Source of the DNA: Eledone cirrhosa | Lineage: Eukaryota | DNA: 64,000 bases | Direction: 5' to 3' | NCBI GenBank assembly: GCA_964016885.1 | Contig: OZ024756.1 | Coordinates: 20,336,001-20,400,000, forward strand | In this document: piece by piece, positions 1 through 13,079 of the stretch | How the letters are laid out: each line of letters starts with the position of its first letter | Numbering within the stretch: the first letter of the stretch is position 1 | Position numbers and translations under genes: made by a program | The notes under the pieces: model-generated | What the model saw: the letters and a program-made list of their open reading frames with translations, nothing else | Database searches by the model: none | What the model was told of the DNA's origin: nothing

Positions 1-260
1 TGTGTGTGTGTGTGTGTGTGTGTGTGTGTCAGTGAGTGTGTAACAATACAGACGGTAATGTTTGTAGAAATATTTTCTATTTCCATTTTTTTTTTTCCAG
101 CTAATTTGGTTTCGGCTAACCATAGTATATATTACTGTTACATCATCAACCCTTGTGGTTAAGAAAGAAAGCATTTTATATTACTACTACATCATGGTTA
201 ACTATACGGAATGACCAGTTTCATCCAGTGGAAGACCACCAAACGTATATGTGTGTGTCT

Positions 261-378
<118 letters not shown>

Positions 379-547
379 CTATATATAAATATATATATAT
401 ATGTATCTATATATAAATATATATATATATGTATCTATATATAAATATATATATATATGTATCTATATATAAATATATATATATATGTATCTATATATAA
501 ATATATATATATATGTATCTATATATAAATATATATATATATGTATC

Positions 548-587
<40 letters not shown>

Positions 588-603
588 TATATATATATGT
601 ATC

Positions 604-655
<52 letters not shown>

Positions 656-953
656 CAGAGAGAGAGAGAGATACATATATATATGTAGATATACATATAT
701 GTATATCTATACATATATGTATATCTATATATATATGTATATCTATACATATATGTATATCTATACATATCTATATATACATATATAGATATACATACAT
801 ATATATGTGTGTGTGTGTGTCTACTATAAATTCTTATCTGTACCCAAACAATACAGGCTCAAACAGTAGCTGAGAGAAATGTGTATAAAGATGCAGTTTT
901 TTAAATATTTAAACATGTAAAAGTGTCTTATTCAGGTCTTTCTTCGTAAACTG

Positions 954-1015
954 AGAAAGATGAACAGCTTGGCTCCAGTTTCGATCTTTATTGAGATCCT
1001 CATCAGATACTTTCT
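954..1015 (-). ncRNA. Degenerate hammerhead ribozyme relic
   Basis: Minus strand reads agaaagtat-CTGATGA-ggatctcaataaagatc-GAAA-ctgg...ctgttc-atctttct; stem III imperfect. Confidence 0.45.
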
Positions 1016-1252
1016 ACATCCTTCACAATCCACGGAGAAATACCCTAACTAAAGGATGTATTGAATATCTTCGCGGATAGATAGAAGGGTAGGTAAGTAG
1101 GTAAGTAGGTAGGTAGGTAGGTAGGTAGGTAAGTAGGTAAGTAGGTAGGTAAGTAGGTAGGTAGGTAGGTAGGTAGGTAGGTAAGTAGGTAGGTAGGTAG
1201 GTAGGTAGGTAGGTAGGTAGGTAGGTAGGTAGGTAGGTAGGTAGGTAGGTAG

Positions 1253-1550
1253 GTATATTTCTTTATTTGCCACAAGGGCGTACAAAATTGGAACATTACA
1301 AGACGTGACGGCGGGGTTTTTACATAAAATCTTTAACAATAATAATGAATAGCAATAAAATATATACAAAATAAAACAATCGAAATCCCCAATAGGGGGG
1401 AGGGGACGTTACTGCGGGGCTGTTTTACACCCCGTGGATAGAACAACTGTCAACACCAGGAACACGTTTCGTAGGTGTTCCCATCTTCCCTCCTTTTGTC
1501 TTCCTCAACCTACAGGTTTATATACAGAGAAGGGCCATTCACTCGAGCCA
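1253..1550 (-). mobile_element. 3' end of the same Tx1/L1-like LINE
   Basis: Homologous to about 23750-24025; flanked by (TAGG)n and (GATA)n. Confidence 0.6.
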
Positions 1551-1566
1551 GACAGATAGATGGATG

Positions 1567-1645
<79 letters not shown>

Positions 1646-1919
1646 GAATGAAGAGGAGGGGGAGGTAAGTGACATGGTTGATGTGGGAAGGTTCATTATG
1701 TCAGAAGAAGAAGAAGAAGAAGAGAGAAAGAAAGGAATAGATCAAATAATTAGCAACGTTTTAAAAATGCCAGTTCAACGTTTTCAAAGATCGTTAATAA
1801 AAGATTCTTTGGAAAAAGTCAAAAATCTCCGGAGATTTAAAGCAAGTTTAATGGTGTATAAACCATGGTGTATAAACTGGAAAGCTGTTGGGATAATATG
1901 TTATTGTTTTATTGGGGAG

Positions 1920-2578
1920 GATGGTGTTTGGTGGTGGTGGTCGTCGTCGTCGTCGAGATGGTGGTGGTGGTGGTGGTGGTCGTGGTGTTGGTGGTTGTGG
2001 TGGTGCTGGTGGTGCTGGTGGTGCTGGTGATGGTGGTTGTGGTGTTGGTGGTTGTGGTGGTGCTGGTGGTGCTGGTGGTGCTGGTGATGGTGGTTGTGGT
2101 GTTGGTGGTGTTGGTGGTGCTGGTGATGGTGGTCGTGGTGATGGTGGTCGTGGTGGTGTTTGTGGTCGTATTGGTGGTGATGGTGGTGATGGTGGTGCTG
2201 GTGATGGTGGTGGTGGTGATGGTGGTGTCGGTGGTGCTGGTGATGGTGGTCGTGGTGATGATGGTGGTTGTGGTGGTGTTGGTATTGGTGGTGGTGCTGG
2301 TGATGGTGCTGGTGGTGCTGGTGGTGATGGTGGTGATGGTGGTGGTGGTGGTGGTGGTGGTGATGGTGGTTGTGGTGATGCTGGTGGTGGTGGTGGTGGT
2401 GGTCGTGGTGGTGTTTGTGGTCGTGTTGGTGGTGATGGTGGTGATGGTGGTGCTGGTGATGATGGTGGTGCGCTGGTGGTGGTGGTGGTGGTGGTGGTGA
2501 TGGTGGTCGTGGTGATGATGGTGGTTGTGGTGGTGTTGGTGGTGGTGCTGGTGATGGTGCTGGTGGTGATGGTGGTGC

Positions 2579-2609
<31 letters not shown>

Positions 2610-3010
2610 GGTGCTGGTGGTGATGGTGGTGGTGGTGGTGGTGGTGATGGTGGTTGTGGTGATGCTGGTGGTGGTGGTGGTGTTGGTGGTACTGGTGATG
2701 GTGGTTGTGGTGGTGTTGGTGTTGGTGGGGGTGATGATGGTGGTTGTGGTGGTGGTGCTGGTGGTGCTGGTGATGGTGGTGATGGTGGTGGTGGTCGTCG
2801 TCGTCGTGGCCGAGGTGGTGGTGATGGTGGTGTTTTGTCATCATTATCATTGTTGTAGTTGTTGTTGTTGTTGTTGTTTTGTCATCATCATTGTCAATGT
2901 CAATGTCATTGTTGTGATTGTTGTTGTTGGAGGTGGCGGTGGTGTCGTTGTCAATGTTGTTGTTATTGTTAATGTTGTTGCTGTTATTGGTGTTGTTGTT
3001 GCTGCTGATA
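1920..3010. repeat. Cryptic (GGT/GAT/GCT/GTT)n trinucleotide tract
   Basis: Visible directly. Confidence 0.95.
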
Positions 3011-3034
3011 TTTTAGTTATAGTCGTTATTTTAG

Positions 3035-3107
<73 letters not shown>

Positions 3108-3154
3108 AATTATATATATATATAATTATATATATATATAATTATATATATATA

Positions 3155-3192
<38 letters not shown>

Positions 3193-3202
3193 TATATATA
3201 TA

Positions 3203-3244
<42 letters not shown>

Positions 3245-3254
3245 TATATATATA

Positions 3255-3312
<58 letters not shown>

Positions 3313-3362
3313 TATATATATATAATTATATATATATATAATTATATATATATATATATATA

Positions 3363-3424
<62 letters not shown>

Positions 3425-3504
3425 CGCCGTACAGTGTTTACAAACGAACAAACCGAACATTATAATAAATGTTCGGTAAACCCATACGTACATATATATA
3501 TATA

Positions 3505-3546
<42 letters not shown>

Positions 3547-3570
3547 TATATATATAATTATATATATATA

Positions 3571-3624
<54 letters not shown>

Positions 3625-3711
3625 CGCCGTACAGTGTTTACAAACGAACAAACCGAACATTATAATAAATGTTCGGTAAACCCATACGTACATATATATA
3701 TATATATATAT

Positions 3712-3908
3712 ATAACGAAGGAAATGTGGTAAGGAACCAGGTGGACCATAACGCACCAAAGTACTCAATACTTGAGGTAGTAGAGTGGGTAATAGGAACC
3801 AGTAAGACCCCGACAGCTGAGCTCAAGCCGTTTCGACGGCTAATTCTGGACTAATTCAGAATTAGCCGTCGAAACGGCTTGAGCTCAGCTGTCGGGGTCT
3901 TACTGGTT

Positions 3909-3912
<4 letters not shown>
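3712..3912 (-). mobile_element. Fold-back PLE terminus (family A) in (TA)n
   Basis: Matches the reverse complement of the PLE 3' end (14245-14383) and then folds back at about 3853. Confidence 0.8.
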
Positions 3913-3994
<82 letters not shown>

Positions 3995-3995
<1 letters not shown>

Positions 3996-4426
3996 ATAAT
4001 ATTAATAAATGGAAACTATCTTTATAAAACCATATTTATTTTTTTATATATATTTCAAGGGTATCAAAATTTTGGAACGCTCTCATCAGATAAAATCCAA
4101 AAATTGTTTTATAAATATTGACATATCCAAAAAGCAAGAACTTATCGTTTTAAGATCATTTTGGATACGATATGAACTTATAACGATCAGTTCTTGTTTT
4201 TTAGATATGTCAATATTTATAAAACAATTTTTGTATTTTTATCTGATGAGAGCGTACCAAAATTTTGGTACCCTTGAAATATATATAATAAAATAAATAT
4301 GGTTTTATAAAGATAGTTTCCATTTATTAATATCATTAATATTATACTCCAGAAGAATGCTGTAGAGTGCTTCGAATCTGTTGTAAATAAATTTGTTGAA
4401 TAACCAACAAATTAAATATCTCTTTG

Positions 4427-4428
<2 letters not shown>
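3995..4428. mobile_element. Fold-back hammerhead element (family B) in (TA)n
   Basis: Inverted arms about 3998-4155 and 4178-4335, each with a hammerhead, plus a one-sided tail. Confidence 0.7.
4237..4293 (+). ncRNA. Minimal type I hammerhead ribozyme (family B)
   Basis: ttttat-CTGATGA-gagcgtaccaaaattttggtaccctt-GAAA-tatata-TA-ataaaa. An inverted copy lies at about 4039-4095 on the minus strand. Confidence 0.75.
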
Positions 4429-4496
<68 letters not shown>

Positions 4497-4607
4497 GTAT
4501 AATAAACAATACAATATAATTACATCATTACCAGAGGTTTCCCGAATAAGACGAATACGAAAGAAACGTCCTCATTCGTTCGTCGGACGAATATATATAT
4601 ATATATG

Positions 4608-4943
4608 CAAAAGTTTTATTTAAAATTGTTGGGTTACAACGAGTAAATATTTTATAACTGATATAAAGCACTCAACAAGTTTTGGAGTAGATATACGATA
4701 TTAAACAAATGGAAACTATATTTATAAAACCATATTTATTTCATTATACATATTTCAGGGATACCATATTAAAAATATATTAAAACAATATTTATGGCAC
4801 GTCAAATTTATTTATAAAACTGCTTATATATTGTATTCTATCTGAAGAAGGCATGCCATATTTTTAATATGGTATCCCTGAAATATGTATAATGAAATAA
4901 ATATGGTTTTATAAATATAGTTTCCATTTGTTTAATATCGTAT
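4608..4943. mobile_element. Fold-back hammerhead element (family B) in (TA)n
   Basis: Arms about 4693-4777 and 4856-4943; homologous to 26373-26815. Confidence 0.7.
4836..4897 (+). ncRNA. Minimal type I hammerhead ribozyme (family B)
   Basis: CTGAAGA-aggcatgccatatt...aatatggtatccct-GAAA-tatgta-TA-atgaaa. Confidence 0.65.
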
Positions 4944-5079
4944 ATATATATATATATATTTGTTGTATTAAGGCTCTGGGATTACAATACCTATTGAGTA
5001 CGTAACATAACATTAGCTATTGAGTACGCTGAGACGCAACCGGTACTAGCAGGGAAACCTTACGCTAGTCCCGTCAACT

Positions 5080-5258
5080 TGTGGATCGGCAGAATCGGTA
5101 GAGCATGGGACGCCATGCTTAGCAGCATAGAGTTATAGCCCTTTACGGTCTGAGTTCAAATCCTGTCGAGGTTAACTTTGCCTTTCATGACGATAAAATA
5201 AAGTACCAGTAATGTACTGGGATAATTGCTGACCTTGTGCCAAAAGTAAAAATAATTA
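5080..5258 (+). mobile_element. tRNA-derived SINE with Meta-like domain
   Basis: A-box-like GGCAGAATCGG, B box GAGTTCAAATCC, core aactttgcctttcat...gataaaataaagtaccag. Confidence 0.8.
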
Positions 5259-5760
5259 TTATATATATGTGTGTAGGTGTGTGTGTGTGTGTATACATGT
5301 CTGTGCATACATGTGTGGGTGTGTATGTATGTGTGTGTATACATATACATGTGTATGTGTGTGTATGTATATACATATATATATATGTGTGCGTGTATAT
5401 ATACATATATATATATACTTATGTGTGCGTGTATATATATATATATATACTTATGTATATGCGTGTGCGTGTATGTGTATACGTATATGCGTGTGTGTGT
5501 GTGTATGTATATATGTGTGTGTGTATCATACACACACAGACAATCATATACATATGTGTGTGTATGTGTGTGTATGTGTGTGCGTATATATGTGTATAGG
5601 AATATGATTGTTCTCTTCCATTGACACGTGACTAATACAAGGAAAGGTATAGATGGAGTCACTCCCTCTATTTGTCTTTCTCTCTCTCTCTCTCTCTTTC
5701 TCTCACACACACACTCTCTCTCTCTCTCTTTGTTGACTGCTACTATATCCAATATCTCTG

Positions 5761-5825
<65 letters not shown>

Positions 5826-5875
5826 ATATATATAAATTTCTATAGGTACCTAGTGCCTGTTGGAATATCCATACC

Positions 5876-5906
<31 letters not shown>

Positions 5907-6432
5907 TCTCTATCCCTCTCTCTCTATCTCTCTCTCTCTCTCTATCTAGCTATCTATATATCTATCTATCTCTTTCTCTTCTCTATCCCTCTCATATTCT
6001 ATCTACCTCTCTCTCTCTCTCCTATCTCTTTCTCCCATCTCCCTCTCTCCCATTCTCCTATCTCTCTACCTTCTACCTCCTACTTTCCTATATCCCATCT
6101 CCCTCTTTCTCTTTCCCTCTCTCCTTCCTAACTTCCTGCCTAGAAACCATTGTTCTGTTGGATGTCGGTTAGTCTGACGTCACATTTCACCAAGGACAGA
6201 AGAATCATCAAAAGGGACAGCTTCAAGAAACATCGACTCAGCTGTTTCAATAGTCTTATACGCGGACCATACAGCAATCGGTAGTGTGTGTGGCGGTGGT
6301 AATAAGGGGGCTAGGGCAGCATGACCGGAATGGTTCAGAAGTCACTTCATAATTATTAGGTCTAGCGTTCGATCTGACTTGTGTTCAATCAAATTATATG
6401 GGAAAATATTGTTTTAATCAATACACATTTAT

Positions 6433-6665
6433 GTGGCGAATTGGCAGAGTCGTTAGAGCGTCGGATAGAATGCTTTGTGGTATTAGTTTCGGTTCTCTGT
6501 TCTCTCTTAGCTTGGGTTTGGGTTTGGGTTTGGGTTTGGGCTTGACTTGGCTGGGCTTGACTTGAGTTCAAATCCCCCCCCCCCCCCGCCGCCGCTGTCA
6601 ACCTTGCCTTTCATCCTTTCAAGGTCGATAAAAAAAAGTACCAGTCAAGTACTGGGGGTCGATTC
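6433..6665 (+). mobile_element. Meta-like SINE interrupted by (TTTGGG)n
   Basis: TGGCAGAGTCGTTAG head, GAGTTCAAATCC, ccttgcctttcatcc...gtcgataaa...gtaccag. Confidence 0.7.
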
Positions 6666-6902
6666 TTCTTGTATTTATCTATCCGTCTCTGGAAGAAATC
6701 TGCTATATTCAGGCATAGAGAGGGATGGGCTCTGCCAGGCTTAAAATCCCCCCCCCCCCCAAGAAACGCCGTATATCACTAAAGCGCCCCTAACGTCTCC
6801 TTCGGGAGTTATGGAACCATACCACTATTTTGATCACACATACTGCAGCTACATTTAAAGATGATTTTTTTTAATGATTTATCTTTCTTAGATTATAAGA
6901 AC

Positions 6903-7001
6903 TCTTTTGTTGTAGAGATTGAATCACTAAGTCTGTTTTCTGCCAAACAATACTTTTGTTGTGGAGATTGAATCACTAAGTCTGTTTTCTGCCAAACAAT
7001 A
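6903..7001. repeat. Direct tandem duplication of about 49 bp
   Basis: cttttgttgt(a/g)gagattgaatcactaagtctgttttctgccaaacaata occurs twice. Confidence 0.9.
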
Positions 7002-7144
7002 TGGCTTCTTCTATCATACGCTATTGTTGTTCTCACATTTCTACTGGGGTTTCGAGACACTACATCGCTCAATCCCACGGCATGTCATCTTGGAGAAGTG
7101 TTATTTACTATAGCCTTGCGTCAACCTAAGACTTGTGAATGAAA

Positions 7145-8810
7145 TTCACCAACACCACCACCAGTATCACTACCACTACCACTATACCACTACCATCACT
7201 ACCACTATCACCAGCACCACTATCACCACCATTATCACTACCACTACCACCACCACCACCACTACCACCACGACCACTATCACCACTACCATCACTACCA
7301 CTACCACCACCACCACTATCAGCACCACCACCATCTACACTATTACCACTACCAGTATCACTACCATCACTATATCATCACTACCATTATTACCAACATT
7401 ATCACCACCACTGCCAACACTACCACCACTACCACCACAACCACTACCACTACTATCACCACCACCACTACCAACACTATCGCCACCAGCACCACCACAA
7501 CCACCACCACAACCAGCACCACCACCACTACCACCACAACCACTACCACTACTATCACCACCACCACTACCACTACTATCACCACCAGCACCACCAAAAC
7601 CACCACCACAACCAACACCACCCCCACTACCACCACAACCACTACCACTACTATCACCCCCCCCACTACCAACACTATCGCCACCAGCACCACCACAACC
7701 ACCACCACAACCAGCACCACCACCACTACCACCACAACCACTACCACTACTGTCACCACAACCACCACCATTACTATCACCACAACCACTACCACTACTA
7801 TCACCACCACCACTACCAACACTATCGCCACCAGAACCACCACAACCACTGCTACCACCGCCACTACTACAACCACAACCACCTCTACCACCACTACCAC
7901 CACCAGAATCACCACCACTATCACCACCATCACAACAGCACCACCATAACCTCCGCTACCACAACTACCACCACCATCACCACCACCACCCCTACTATCA
8001 CCACCACCACAACCAACACCACCGCCACTACAATCACCATCTCCACCACCACCAACATTACCACCACCACAACCACTACCAGCACCACCACAACCACCAC
8101 AACGATTACCACCACCACAACTATCACCACTACGACTACCACCACCAACACCTTCACCACGACTATACCATCACCACCGCCACTACTATCACCACAACCA
8201 CCACCACCGCTACCACCACTACCACCACCATTACCACCACAACTACTATCACCACAACCACCAACGCCACCAGCACCACTACCACTACAACCACCACCAA
8301 CGCCACCAACACCACCACCACCATCACCACCACAACCACCACCAACGCCACCAACACCACCATCACCACCACAACCACCACAACCACCATCACCACCACC
8401 ATCACCACCACAACCACCACCAACGCCACCAACACCACCATCACCACCACAACCACCACCATCACCACCACCATCACCACTACAACCACCACCATCACCA
8501 CCACCACTATACTATCACCACCATTATTAACACCATTATCTCCAACACTACCACCACAACCACCACCATCACCACTACCACTACCACCACTACAACAACT
8601 ACCACCACCACAACCACCATCACTACCACCACCACCACTATACCACTACCTACTACCACAACGACCACCACCACCACAACCACAACCACCACAACCACCA
8701 TCACTACCACCACCACCACCACTACCACTATACCACCACCACCACCATTACCACCACCACAACAACTACCACCAACACTACCACCAACGCCACCACCACC
8801 ACCACCACCA
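7145..8810. repeat. Cryptic (ACC/ACT)n tract
   Basis: Visible directly. Confidence 0.95.
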
Positions 8811-9076
8811 CAATATCTGTAGATATTAAAAGAATGAACCGAAATTGAAAAAATGTCAAAGAGACGAAGCAGAAAACTGGATCACTGAACTGAGAGATTT
8901 CCCTTGTGTTAGTTTAATAGTAGTGCTAGATACCACCAGACACTAGCACCACAACACACCACCACTACTACTACAAACCACCACATACACCCAAACACCG
9001 CCCCATACCGCCATTCAGTATATATGTATACGTATATATATATATGTATATATATATATTTATATATATATATATG

Positions 9077-9345
9077 TAGGAGGTGAGTTTTATTGTACCA
9101 CAATAAAGCAATGCAAATATCGGATAAGTAGCACTCTACAGTTTGTAGGACTGGAGTATAAATAATATAAGATCAAAAGATGGTTAAAAGAGTTCCAAAC
9201 TGCTCACAAGTGTTTTTTAAGCTTCATATCATGTCTCCCTATTTTTTATCTGATGAGAACGCAGATATCATTCCATGATGATATTTGTTTTTGAAATGCG
9301 CATAATAAAATACTTGGAACGCTTTTAACCATCTTTTGATCTTAT
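9077..9345. mobile_element. Fold-back hammerhead element in (TA)n
   Basis: tataagatcaaaagatggttaaaag...cttttaaccatcttttgatcttata inverted arms enclose the hammerhead at 9244-9310. Confidence 0.65.
9244..9310 (+). ncRNA. Minimal type I hammerhead ribozyme
   Basis: ttttat-CTGATGA-stem II (cagatatcat/atgatatttg)-GAAA-tgcgca-TA-ataaaa; palindromic stem III. Confidence 0.75.
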
Positions 9346-9365
9346 ATATATATATATATATATAT

Positions 9366-9570
9366 AGTAATAATAATAAATTTGAAGACTAAAATCCAAA
9401 GAGGGCTCGATAAGGATAAATATATATCAAATATATAAGAACCGTAGAGCAAATATTTATTAAAATAACAGATTAAAGTTTAAGCAAAGAATCGGTGCTT
9501 TCACTCTTAACGGGTTCCCGTTAAGGGTGAAAGCAGCGATTCTTTGCTTAAACTTTAATCTGTTATTTTA

Positions 9571-9577
<7 letters not shown>
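9366..9577. mobile_element. Fold-back element (family C) in (TA)n
   Basis: Hairpin about 9453-9577 centred at about 9515; near-identical copy at 26017-26201. Confidence 0.65.
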
Positions 9578-9612
<35 letters not shown>

Positions 9613-9993
9613 AAAAAGGAAAAGAATGACTTCACTTGTAATGTTAAAAAATGTTTGATTTAATTTTATAATATTATAATATTATGAGTTGGTAGATATA
9701 GTAAGTTCTTTGTTAACTTCGGTAGGAAAAATTTTTAAGATTCCTGGTTAACTTGATACGTTTTGATTTTACGAACCAGATTTTCCTAGATTTGGAAAAT
9801 CTGCTTCGTAGAATCAAGACGTATCTGAGGACCTTGCGATTTTCAGAGTCAGGTTCGATCATCACATCGATCGTGCCTCGAGCTGGTCGCCAGAGAAACG
9901 ATTGTAATATGTCCAATAAATTCCATTTGTCGCAACACTGATTCTCTTTTTTTCTGTGATATATATATATATGAATGTATGTATATACATATA

Positions 9994-10026
<33 letters not shown>

Positions 10027-10031
10027 GTATG

Positions 10032-10126
<95 letters not shown>

Positions 10127-11431
10127 CTGAGATAGAGATCAGACCGTAAGCTCAGGTAATTTCAAGGGTCTTCGGAGTTAATGTTTTTTCGTTTTTTTTT
10201 TTTTTCGTTTTTTTTTTTTTCAAGAAATAACAAACGAGTAAAAAGAAAGAAGAAAAAAAATCAAATAAAATTCTGTTGGAATTTTAGAATAGGGTCCAGA
10301 AAGTTCAACAGTTAGTTAGTTGATTGATTTGGGGACTTTTAGGGTGAGGCTGATGTTAGCCACGTACCTCCACCACATATATGTATATATGTGTATTACA
10401 TATGTAAATATGACCGTTATTGCTTTAAGACACGGAATAAAGCCAGCCAAGGACTCGTGTTCGACTCTTTACCGAACCTGTCAGTCCAGCTTGGAATGAA
10501 GATCAAATCGACTAGTTTCGTCTTTTTTTACAACTCATCGGGAATCATATATGGCGTTCGGTTTAGGGTGTTTTTTGCTGAGTGTTTGTCGACTATCAGT
10601 TGTAAAAAAGATGAAACTAGTCGATTTGATCTTCATTCCAAACTGGACTGGCAGAATCGTTAGAGCGTCGAACACGAGTCCTTCGGTTGCTTGCTCCGGA
10701 TCTTTCCGTTCTTAATTCCCATCCTATTAAAAAGCTGTATCAATTCACCTATGCCGCTCTTACCGTTCGAGAAGGCTTATATCGTTGCAAATCTCATTTG
10801 TATGAATGCCCTACAAATATTGCTATTATTAGTTTTACTGTTATTAGTTTTACTATTATTAGTTTTACCTTCTATAAATTTTTTTTATTATACCTTATTG
10901 AATTTTTGTTTAAATCGCTTCAGATCGTTGAGGTTTAGAAGATTAGAGGATTAGAATCTTTTTTTTTTCTTTTAGTTTTGTTTTTTAATCAAAAACTAAT
11001 TAAGCTTGGAAGATCTACGTTAATCAGCAAGATAAATGGAAACGTGTGTGTTTTACGCGTGTGCGTTGATATACGTGTATCAAATATACTCGGAACGATG
11101 CATCAGTTTCTGAAATCTGGTGTGGGATCAACAATAACTCCAACTTTAATCACTATTCACAGTAGTTAGGTAATATCAGCAAACATTACGTAATTTCGCT
11201 CCGGAATAATACATCAACAGGTTTTAGCTCTCCATAACGATATAGAACCTCTATTGAAAGAGGCTCGTATATTTTTGACACAACAAGTAACATCTTGGGT
11301 TGCATATTCCCTTCCTGGCTTTCACTTGCAGTGTTAGAGCATGTGCAGTAGTAGGCAGCCACGATCTATAATCTACACCTGAAAATGTTTCTGTATTTCT
11401 TACGTTAGTTCTTGTATTATATTCTACTCAA

Positions 11432-11595
11432 TAATTGTTTCTACTTTTGGCACAAGGCCAGCAATTATCCCAGTGTATTTATTTTATCGACCCCATAAGG
11501 ATGAAAGGCATAGTTAACCTTGGCGGGATTTGAACTCAGAACGTAAAGGGGCGTAACTCTTTGCTGCAAAGCATGGCGTCCCACCCTCTACCGAT
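11432..11595 (-). mobile_element. Meta-like SINE
   Basis: Reverse complement of the same consensus. Confidence 0.8.
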
Positions 11596-11866
11596 ATATT
11601 CCACACAATAATGTGATGTAATCATTCTGGCTTGCAATCCTTCTATTCTGATCTCTCTGTGTACAAGGGGTCTAACCAATCGTCCTAGTTATCTTATTTC
11701 ACTATAATATAATCTGCCTAGCTCTACATTTCGACACTGAAGTGAACCTAAACATCGAGTGCTCACCCGGGTGAACCTACAGTAACTCCAAGTTAAACTC
11801 CCTGGATATATAGATATATATATACATATATATATATCCAGATCTGGCATATCTAACAACTGACTA

Positions 11867-11922
11867 ACTGCCTGATGAGTTCATAACCATTCAATGGCTA
11901 TCATCGAAATATATATAGCAGT
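11867..11922 (+). ncRNA. Minimal type I hammerhead ribozyme
   Basis: actgc-CTGATGA-g...ccatt/aatgg...c-GAAA-tatata-TA-gcagt; perfect 5-bp stem I. Confidence 0.75.
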
Positions 11923-11984
11923 AAATAAAGGATTATGAGTTCATGCAATTGACTTATGTTTCGTCACTATATATATATATATAT

Positions 11985-12169
11985 GTTTATCTCGGGTTCA
12001 ATCGGGGTTAACCACAGTAAGTAAGGTACTCAATACATAGCAGAGTATAAATATTTAATATAGAAATGGCTTCTACAGGACTAGAACTGTTTCATTTGGA
12101 GGAAATCATTAGGGCTTTCCTGATGATTTCTTCCGAATGAAACAGTTCTAGTCCTGTAGAAGCCATTTC

Positions 12170-12178
<9 letters not shown>
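11985..12178. mobile_element. Fold-back hammerhead element (family D) in (TA)n
   Basis: Arms 12057-12113 and 12119-12174. Related pieces at about 47085-47175, 47400-47490 and 47600-47705. Confidence 0.65.
12113..12164 (+). ncRNA. Type I hammerhead ribozyme (family D)
   Basis: ggctttc-CTGATGA-tttcttccgaat-GAAA-cag ttctagtc ctg-TA-gaagcc. Confidence 0.65.
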
Positions 12179-12248
<70 letters not shown>

Positions 12249-12259
12249 TATATAGATAT

Positions 12260-12298
<39 letters not shown>

Positions 12299-12480
12299 TA
12301 TAGATATATATAGATATATATAGATATATATATATATATATATATAGATATATATATATATATATAGATATATATATATATATATATAGATATATATATA
12401 TATAGAGAGAGAGATATATATATATATAGATAGATATATATAGATATATATAGATATATATATATATAGGAACCAGTAAG

Positions 12481-12574
12481 ACCCCGACAGCTGAGCTCAA
12501 GCCGTTTCGACGGCTAATTCTGGACTAAATGAAAATTTATCCTGGTATTTAAATAGCCGATCTTCTCAAGGGGT
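12481..12574 (-). ncRNA. Hammerhead ribozyme (U3-A8 variant), inverted copy
   Basis: Reverse complement of 14196-14289, with a better-paired stem II (gatcggcta/tagccgtc). Confidence 0.7.
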
Positions 12575-12806
12575 AATTCCATATATGGTCAAAGTGATTG
12601 TCAAAAATCAGTAGTAATTCTGTGGTTGCAAATTAGTAGGGGAGATGGTGGCTAAACCTGCCAGTAGGAGAAAGAGGGGAGGGGTGGAGTAGACCCAATC
12701 AAGCGTTGGTAGTGCCAGCTACAGCTGGGCATGAGGTCAAAGAAGATACAGGGGAGGGGGAGGGGGGAGGAAGTCGGAACGGTAGGTAGAACAATGGGGG
12801 GTAGAA

Positions 12807-13079
12807 ATGGCCCGGCGTCACGCCACTATACTTTCGGGCCACATATGGGACCTCAAGGACAACAACATCACCTATGATCTCACTTGGAGATTACTGTCCA
12901 GAGCCAATTCTTACACGGGAGGACGCCGTCCGTGCAATTTATGCTCGGAGGAAACTTTACAAATGCTGTTTTCGACGGACCAACTCCTAAACAAGAAAGA
13001 TGAACTGGTTACTGCATGTAAACATAGATTGCGTAGGACTTACCTCGCCCTCAAACCCCATAATGACCCGGGGGGGTAG
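12807..13079 (+). pseudogene. C-terminal fragment of a Penelope-like GIY-YIG endonuclease
   Basis: TILSGHIWDLKD...YDLTWRLL...CNLCSEE...LLNKKDELVTACKH fits the T-LS-HIW-LK / CxLC-EK / LNKR-E-CRH pattern at the end of PLE ORFs (Naiad-like). The ATG is created by the inversion junction. Confidence 0.8.

Noticed and set aside
7135-8829. Extensin- or mucin-like Pro/Thr/His ORFs
   Set aside because: Cryptic (ACC)n repeat whose composition changes with frame slips.
9713-9941. Overlapping short ORFs in non-repetitive sequence
   Set aside because: No recognisable homology, non-ATG starts and no good splice signals.
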